Positions 46,402-51,370 of a DNA stretch of 51,370 nt are shown piece by piece. Source of the stretch: an uncultured Nitrososphaerota archaeon (GTDB lineage: Archaea > Asgardarchaeota > Njordarchaeia > Njordarchaeales > Panguiarchaeaceae); contig CAZWPQ010000006.1 in assembly GCA_964636085.1 (NCBI GenBank), positions 14,075 to 65,444 on the forward strand, given 5' to 3'. Below the pieces are notes generated by a model. The model was not told the origin of the DNA and made no database searches. It worked only from the letters and a program-made list of their open reading frames with translations. Position 1 is the stretch's first letter. The number at the start of each line of letters is the position of its first letter. The position numbers were made by a program, and so were the translations under genes.

Positions 46402-47196
46402 TTTTGGTTTAATGAACCTATAAATTTTCGATAAGACCTCTATATTATCCTCGATAGGTATTACTAAGGGAACACTATCAGGTACTTTATCCTCATAATA
46501 CATTTTTATGATGTTCTTTGATAGCTTTCTAGGGCTTATTATCAAGTACGGTGGCATCAGCTCTCGCATGATAAGATATGTCAATATTACATCTGATTCC
46601 AGTTCTATCATCTTAAAATCCGTGGAGATTATATGCAGATCCCTCTCAAATATTTTTGCCAAGGCAAGGGAGGGCAAAATTTTTTTCTCACTTATGAATT
46701 CCAGTACGTATTTAGAGAACCTAACCACACCCATGTCTGTTTTGATTTCATAATATGGAAGCGCAGGTATACGGGTATTTATTGTCTCTCCTATAATTCC
46801 TTTAATGAGACTCGGAGCTCTGATATTTGCCCTTTTAATTCTTTTGTAGATCGAACAGATTAAGCCATAGAAATTCAGAGCGAATGGATACAGCATATAC
46901 ATCTCAATAGATGCACTTGGATACTCTTCGTTTTCATATCTAGCCTTCCATAAGCCCCTAGAAAGATCATAAGAAACTATGATTTTCATATCTCCTATCC
47001 TTGTCATTATAGGGTGACTTATCAAACCAACAATCTCATCGAAAATTTCTAATCCAAATTCATCCGTAGCCCGGTAAAAAAGTCTTAAGACAGGATTAAC
47101 ATTATATGTTACTAGAATATCTTCATCAATATAGACAATAGTATCCAGAAAATAGATACGCAAATCAAAATTTTTTTGATTAACCTTCACATGCAT
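46321..47196 (-). CDS. Hypothetical protein; 3' end reads antisense through tRNA-Leu
   Basis: 291-aa ORF with typical composition; the last ~27 codons overlap the tRNA. Confidence 0.65.
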   Translation of the reverse strand: MHVKVNQKNFDLRIYFLDTIVYIDEDILVTYNVNPVLRLFYRATDEFGLEIFDEIVGLISHPIMTRIGDMKIIVSYDLSRGLWKARYENEEYPSASIEMYMLYPFALNFYGLICSIYKRIKRANIRAPSLIKGIIGETINTRIPALPYYEIKTDMGVVRFSKYVLEFISEKKILPSLALAKIFERDLHIISTDFKMIELESDVILTYLIMRELMPPYLIISPRKLSKNIIKMYYEDKVPDSVPLVIPIEDNIEVLSKIYRFIKPKCGGRDLNPRRHTPRDLESGRMTVPPV

Positions 47197-47255
47197 TCCT
47201 CCAAAATCTATATATATAGTTTCGCTGTGACTTATTAGTATACAAGGTTTTTCAC

Positions 47256-47651
47256 ATGAGGAAGCAAGCGAAGTTCAAGTGTAAAAAATGTAAGACTACA
47301 TTTAAAAGCATTGAAGAGATATCTGTTGAGAAAACATGGCATGTTGTTTCACCTATACCAGATAAAAATGGCAATATTACGATTAATGTTATGGCCACAT
47401 GGATATGCCCAGTATGTGGACATAAAAATCGGGGCAAGATAACATCAATCAAATCTGGGGAGCGTATTGCGGGGAGAAGCCCCACACAAAAACTTGTAGA
47501 TATTATCAATCGCCACAAAGAAATCAGCATAAAAGAACTATCGATTCAATTGGGCGTAGACGAAGAAACAATACAAAAAGCCCTCCGATACCTCATAAAG
47601 AAAAAAATGATAAATGCCGAAATAAAAAACAATATAGTCAAGGTACGCTAG
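47256..47651 (+). CDS. Zn-ribbon + winged-helix protein
   Basis: CKKC...CPVC followed by an HTH (ISIKELSIQLGVDEETIQKALRYL). Confidence 0.75.
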   Translation: MRKQAKFKCKKCKTTFKSIEEISVEKTWHVVSPIPDKNGNITINVMATWICPVCGHKNRGKITSIKSGERIAGRSPTQKLVDIINRHKEISIKELSIQLGVDEETIQKALRYLIKKKMINAEIKNNIVKVR

Positions 47652-47652
47652 C

Positions 47653-49323
47653 TCATAATTTTCTCTGAGAAGGAGGACCTAATTCCTCGCCTTCAGCTCC
47701 CTTTGGGCCTTTTTTCTCCTCCTTAGGCTTACTTGCAATAATTTCGTCTATCCTTAGCACGGTTGTGGCTGTCTCGATCGCTGTAGTAATTATGTTAGAT
47801 ACAACTCTATAAGGATCTATAAGTCCTTTCTCTTTTACCTTAACGACCTTACCTTCAATTGCATCAAAGCCCCACTCGCCAGGCTCATTAGCTGTCTTTC
47901 TCCTCAACCCACTCAATGTGTCTATAACATCCTCACCAGCGTTTTCGATCAAAGCCCTAGGTATGGCCTCTAATGATTCACTAAATGCTCTAGCAACTTC
48001 TTTCTCTTTCCCGTTAAGTTCATCTGTTTTCTCTGCCCATTCTCTTAACTTCACGGCTAATGCCATTAGTGTTGCCCCCGCACCTCCGACGACCTTCTTA
48101 TCTTCGAGGATATCCTTAAGTACATTTATAGCATCCTGCAGGGCTCTCTCCGCCTCATCGGTAATATGTTTGCTGGCGCCCCTAACTATTATCGTGGTGG
48201 CACCAGGATACTTTGGTTCTTCGATGAAAACCATCTGGTCCTCGCCAACTTTTTTCTGATAAACAAGCCCAGCGTAGCCTATGTCATCTTCATGGAGGTC
48301 TTCAATATTACTAACGATTTTTGCACCAGTGGCTCTGCTAAGTAATCTCATGTCCTTTCTCCGCACTCTCCTTACAGCCATTATCCCATTTTTAGCCAGA
48401 ATGTCCTGTGCTTGGTCACTGATCCCCCTTTGACAAAATAGGACATCAACTTTGAGGTCTATTAATTTCTGGATCATCTCTTTTATGAGTTCCCTTTCTT
48501 TTCTTCTCAGTTCCTCAAAGGCTTCGATGCTATCAACCGTTACATTGCTAGTTACATCAGCCTTTTCGACTTCTATATTTTGATCAACTAATGCTATTCT
48601 CGCATTCTTCTTAATCTTGGGCATCTCAGGATGAACAACCTTTTTATCTATAGCCACACCTTTAACCATGATTGTATCCGCTAGCGTCTTACCCTCCTTC
48701 TGTATTATGTTGATTAAGTCTGGATCAAGATAATTCCTTTCCTTATCATAGGCAGTTATCGCCGCCTCGTACGCCAACTCAGCGAAAAATCGTCTTTCTG
48801 CCTCGGGAAGCTTAGAATTAAGGGCACTGATAGCCGCATTGATCAATGTCTCCTTGTCCTTCTCGATATCCACAGTCCAAGACAACTCATCAAGAAGCTC
48901 TAGTAGTTTCTTTCTTATTTTCTTTAGTGCACTAGTGATTATTATAGGATGGATACCCTTGTCAACTAGTTTATCGGCTTTATTTAAAAACTCCCCAATC
49001 AACACCACAACACTAGTTGTGCCATCTCCCGCAGTATAATCCTGAGATTTTGATGCTTGAACGATAAGTTTTGCTGTTGGATGCGCAACATCAAGCTCAT
49101 CAAGGATTGTTGCACCATCATTGGTAATGATAATATCCCCTAATGAATCAACCATGAGTTTATTCATACCCCTAGGACCCAGCGTCGTTCTAACGATCTC
49201 TGCTAGTGCAGAAGCTGCTGACACATTATTATGAAGAACCTGACGTCCTCTTTCTCTCGTGGCATCTTCACGAAGTATTAAAACGGGTATCGCACCAGCC
49301 GTGGGTGTCGCCATAGATATCAC
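47653..49323 (-). CDS. ths: Thermosome (group II chaperonin) subunit
   Basis: TTLGPRGM.K, ITNDGATIL, GDGTTSVV, GGAGA and LRIDEII. Confidence 0.97.
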   Translation of the reverse strand: MISMATPTAGAIPVLILREDATRERGRQVLHNNVSAASALAEIVRTTLGPRGMNKLMVDSLGDIIITNDGATILDELDVAHPTAKLIVQASKSQDYTAGDGTTSVVVLIGEFLNKADKLVDKGIHPIIITSALKKIRKKLLELLDELSWTVDIEKDKETLINAAISALNSKLPEAERRFFAELAYEAAITAYDKERNYLDPDLINIIQKEGKTLADTIMVKGVAIDKKVVHPEMPKIKKNARIALVDQNIEVEKADVTSNVTVDSIEAFEELRRKERELIKEMIQKLIDLKVDVLFCQRGISDQAQDILAKNGIMAVRRVRRKDMRLLSRATGAKIVSNIEDLHEDDIGYAGLVYQKKVGEDQMVFIEEPKYPGATTIIVRGASKHITDEAERALQDAINVLKDILEDKKVVGGAGATLMALAVKLREWAEKTDELNGKEKEVARAFSESLEAIPRALIENAGEDVIDTLSGLRRKTANEPGEWGFDAIEGKVVKVKEKGLIDPYRVVSNIITTAIETATTVLRIDEIIASKPKEEKKGPKGAEGEELGPPSQRKL

Positions 49324-49466
49324 CAGTTCAAATAGACCAATACAAATTATCCCGAAGGTTAGAATGGCAAAAATTAGAATATTTAAACACTACTATTTAC
49401 CTAGATGATGAATGCAAAAACTTCCAACAGATAGTAATTACAATTTTTCTAACCAATGGAATGTGT

Positions 49467-49556
49467 TGGCGCCGGGGGCCGGACTTGAACCGGCGACCTT
49501 CCGGTTAACAGCTTCGTCCACTTGAGTCGGACGCTCTACCACTGAGCTACCCCGGC
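49467..49556 (-). tRNA. tRNA-Asn(GTT) with 15-nt non-canonical intron (49513-49527, position 30/31); CCA encoded
   Basis: GCCGGGG/CCCCGGC-GCCA. The BHB CGTC-CG^A...GACG-AA^G excises to TCCGG-CTGTTAA-CCGGA. Confidence 0.93.
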
Positions 49557-49654
49557 ATAATACAGGGGAAGTATTACCATGATTAAGACTTATCTATTCT
49601 AGATATAAATTTTTTACTAATCGACTTAAAAATTTGTCTGATATGGATAAATGT

Positions 49655-49882
49655 CTAGAATAATTCTATATTAAGTGCAAATATTCCTTTCTCGTTTTTA
49701 TTCACTTTTTTGGCCAGTACTGATTTCTCTGGATTAAGTATCATTATTACATCGCCGAAATTCTCGGTAAATCTTGTATTGCCACAGTATGGGCATTCGA
49801 GTCTTCCCATTTTTTCAAGTAGACTTTTCCTATTGAATATCCTCATACAACGAGTGCATACAATATAGGCCTTCTTAGGCAT
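49655..49882 (-). CDS. spt4: Transcription elongation factor Spt4 (RpoE'')
   Basis: CTRC...CPYCG..FTENFG.VIMILNPEKS.LAK....G.FAL. Confidence 0.9.
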   Translation of the reverse strand: MPKKAYIVCTRCMRIFNRKSLLEKMGRLECPYCGNTRFTENFGDVIMILNPEKSVLAKKVNKNEKGIFALNIELF

Positions 49883-49885
49883 CGC

Positions 49886-50515
49886 CTATTCCTCCACTAC
49901 AATCCTATAGTATATCTCCTCCCCTGCGGGTATAAGTCTTTTTAGTATTTTATATATCTTCTTGCCGCTGTGCTCTCCATAACGCCTAATCAGTTCCTCT
50001 AATGGCGGAACGACTCTTCTAATTTCTATTATTTGCCCTGGTCTAGCGTTTAATATTCTTACTGCTGGATCACTAGTAAGTATTTTTGGAAAAGTCCTCA
50101 TAGCTACGGATCTATCCCCCCCCGCGTGCTTCTCTAAGACCTTCTTTGTCTCCTCTTCACTCAGTAGTCTATGTTGAGGAACTAACCAATGGTCAAAAAT
50201 ATATATTAGAGGGTGCTTCGAATCTATTATGTCTATCCTATGTTCACTAGCCTCCTTTCTTGCCTGAGGAGTAGCATCACGTGTAGTAGCGAGAATTGCA
50301 TCATTACAACCATACTCCTGCATCTTCGATATTACTCTGCGAACTCTTTGGACACTTATTTTTTTATTGGAAAGCGCAACATATGTCTTCTTGCCTTTTT
50401 TCTGAAATATGGCCTCTATGCTATCCTTTTTATCCTCTAACATTTCCTTTAATTCATACCCTCTACCCTTCTCCATAATTTTTTTGATCTCTGTCCAAAG
50501 TTTTTTTACCGACAT
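49886..50515 (-). CDS. rpoH: RNA polymerase subunit Rpo5 (H), two-domain RPB5-like form
   Basis: C-terminal HWLVPQH, PKILTSDPAV, PGQIIEIRR and YYRIV, plus an N-terminal jaw-like domain (RGY...AIL....TPQA). Confidence 0.92.
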   Translation of the reverse strand: MSVKKLWTEIKKIMEKGRGYELKEMLEDKKDSIEAIFQKKGKKTYVALSNKKISVQRVRRVISKMQEYGCNDAILATTRDATPQARKEASEHRIDIIDSKHPLIYIFDHWLVPQHRLLSEEETKKVLEKHAGGDRSVAMRTFPKILTSDPAVRILNARPGQIIEIRRVVPPLEELIRRYGEHSGKKIYKILKRLIPAGEEIYYRIVVEE

Positions 50516-50522
50516 TTTGAGA

Positions 50523-51191
50523 CTACCTTAACCTTATGGTCTCGGTTTTTTCTAGGATCTTAGAGATTTCACCCTCGATGTAGTTTTGTATCTCTGTTGG
50601 AGGTATCATACTAGTTTCATTAAATGACTTGTAAATAAGCAAGTCCCTAATAGGATATATCTTATGGCATGCCGTTAGTATTTCCCTGTTGAATGCTTTC
50701 CTTATTACAAGGTTCCATAAAAACTGCTGAGATTCCAGCTCCCTCGCTTTTTCCTCTATAATATTTCTAATTGTGTTTCGTACAGCCTTACGCTGTCTAT
50801 AATGCGCCCTCTTAAATGTCATTGCCAACACCGACACCTTAATCCTCTGATCATCCTTTGTGTTTACCCTCGTTATTACCTCACAACGACTTCTCCGTCG
50901 TCTTACAATTGTCGATATTATTTCTCTTGGATATTGATGTCCAACAAATATCGAATAGGCCCCAGCTGGTGTTACCTTTACTATTCTAAATAGTAAATCC
51001 ATTACTTGATCCTCATATCTACTAACGAATCCAATCGCTTTTATTCTTACAATTCTGTTTATTAGATCGGATGGTTCTATTGTTAGTACTTTCACTAGAG
51101 GGTCTTTTCCCAAAAACTCAGGGGGGTATACTGGTATCCAATGATATACTCTCTTTCTTACTATTCTAGAGGATTTTGATGCCAAATACAA
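50523..51191 (-). CDS. rps3ae: 30S ribosomal protein eS1 (S3Ae)
   Basis: W..VYPPEFLG, LINR, VRRRRSR, V.TKD and KIYPIR. Confidence 0.88.
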   Translation of the reverse strand: MYLASKSSRIVRKRVYHWIPVYPPEFLGKDPLVKVLTIEPSDLINRIVRIKAIGFVSRYEDQVMDLLFRIVKVTPAGAYSIFVGHQYPREIISTIVRRRRSRCEVITRVNTKDDQRIKVSVLAMTFKRAHYRQRKAVRNTIRNIIEEKARELESQQFLWNLVIRKAFNREILTACHKIYPIRDLLIYKSFNETSMIPPTEIQNYIEGEISKILEKTETIRLR

Positions 51192-51329
51192 TCACCAATG
51201 AATTTACAGTATCTATCTACCAGAAATGAGCTATTAAAAATCATAATTTATAGTTACCAAAAACCTTCATACTCAAATCTAACCTTAAATAGACCCATAA
51301 GATCTACCAAAAAAGAAGAACCAGCATTA

Positions 51330-51370
51330 TGGGCCCGGCGGGATTTGAACCCGCGACCTTTAGCCCACTT
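51330..51370 (-). tRNA. 3' part of a tRNA gene truncated by the window edge (isotype not determinable)
   Basis: Reverse complement ends AGGTC-GCGGG-TTCAAAT-CCCGC-CGGGCCC-A. Confidence 0.85.

Noticed and set aside
46050-46434. Short + strand ORFs of 60-61 aa
   Set aside because: They overlap the tRNA-Met/Val/Leu genes.
49405-49455. Possible fifth box C/D RNA (ATGATGA...CAGA)
   Set aside because: No credible C' or terminal D box, and the guides are AT-rich.
1-51370. CRISPR arrays, IS elements, integrases, prophage
   Set aside because: No regularly spaced repeats, transposase/integrase motifs or att duplications were seen. The similarity between tRNA 3' ends (76-104 versus 51330-51358) reflects ordinary tRNA conservation.

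Overview
This is an archaeal core-genome window, low in GC, with no CRISPR array, IS or provirus visible. It carries translation, transcription and replication genes (uS9, uS5-uL18-eL19-eL32, uS10, eS1, LeuRS, aIF1, aIF5A, Map, Rpo5, Rpo11, Spt4, TFS, Orc1/Cdc6, Top6B, thermosome). It also carries central metabolism genes (TpiA, FBP aldolase/phosphatase, RpiA, 2-oxoacid:ferredoxin oxidoreductase, PstCA). RNA genes are RNase P RNA, five complete tRNAs (four with introns, three of them at non-canonical positions), one truncated tRNA and four box C/D guide RNAs. Several eukaryote-signature-like proteins suggest an Asgard-like, probably thermophilic lineage (inference; Njordarchaeia-like is a guess): a gelsolin domain, a coiled-coil/polyproline/WH2-like protein, a two-domain RPB5-type Rpo5, an EF-2 paralog, alpha-solenoids and an FG-GAP propeller. 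Two candidates stand out. (1) A UFC1-like (UFM1-conjugating E2) gene with an intact catalytic Cys lies in a putative three-gene operon with a tandem Zn-finger protein and a YaaA/DUF6884-like protein (21000-22684). (2) A box C/D RNA (44233-44287) has two guides perfectly complementary to the tRNA-Leu(CAA) anticodon arm and to the intron of pre-tRNA-Met, both encoded 2 kb away; that intron lacks a canonical BHB motif. All protein identifications come from motif recognition by eye, not database searches.
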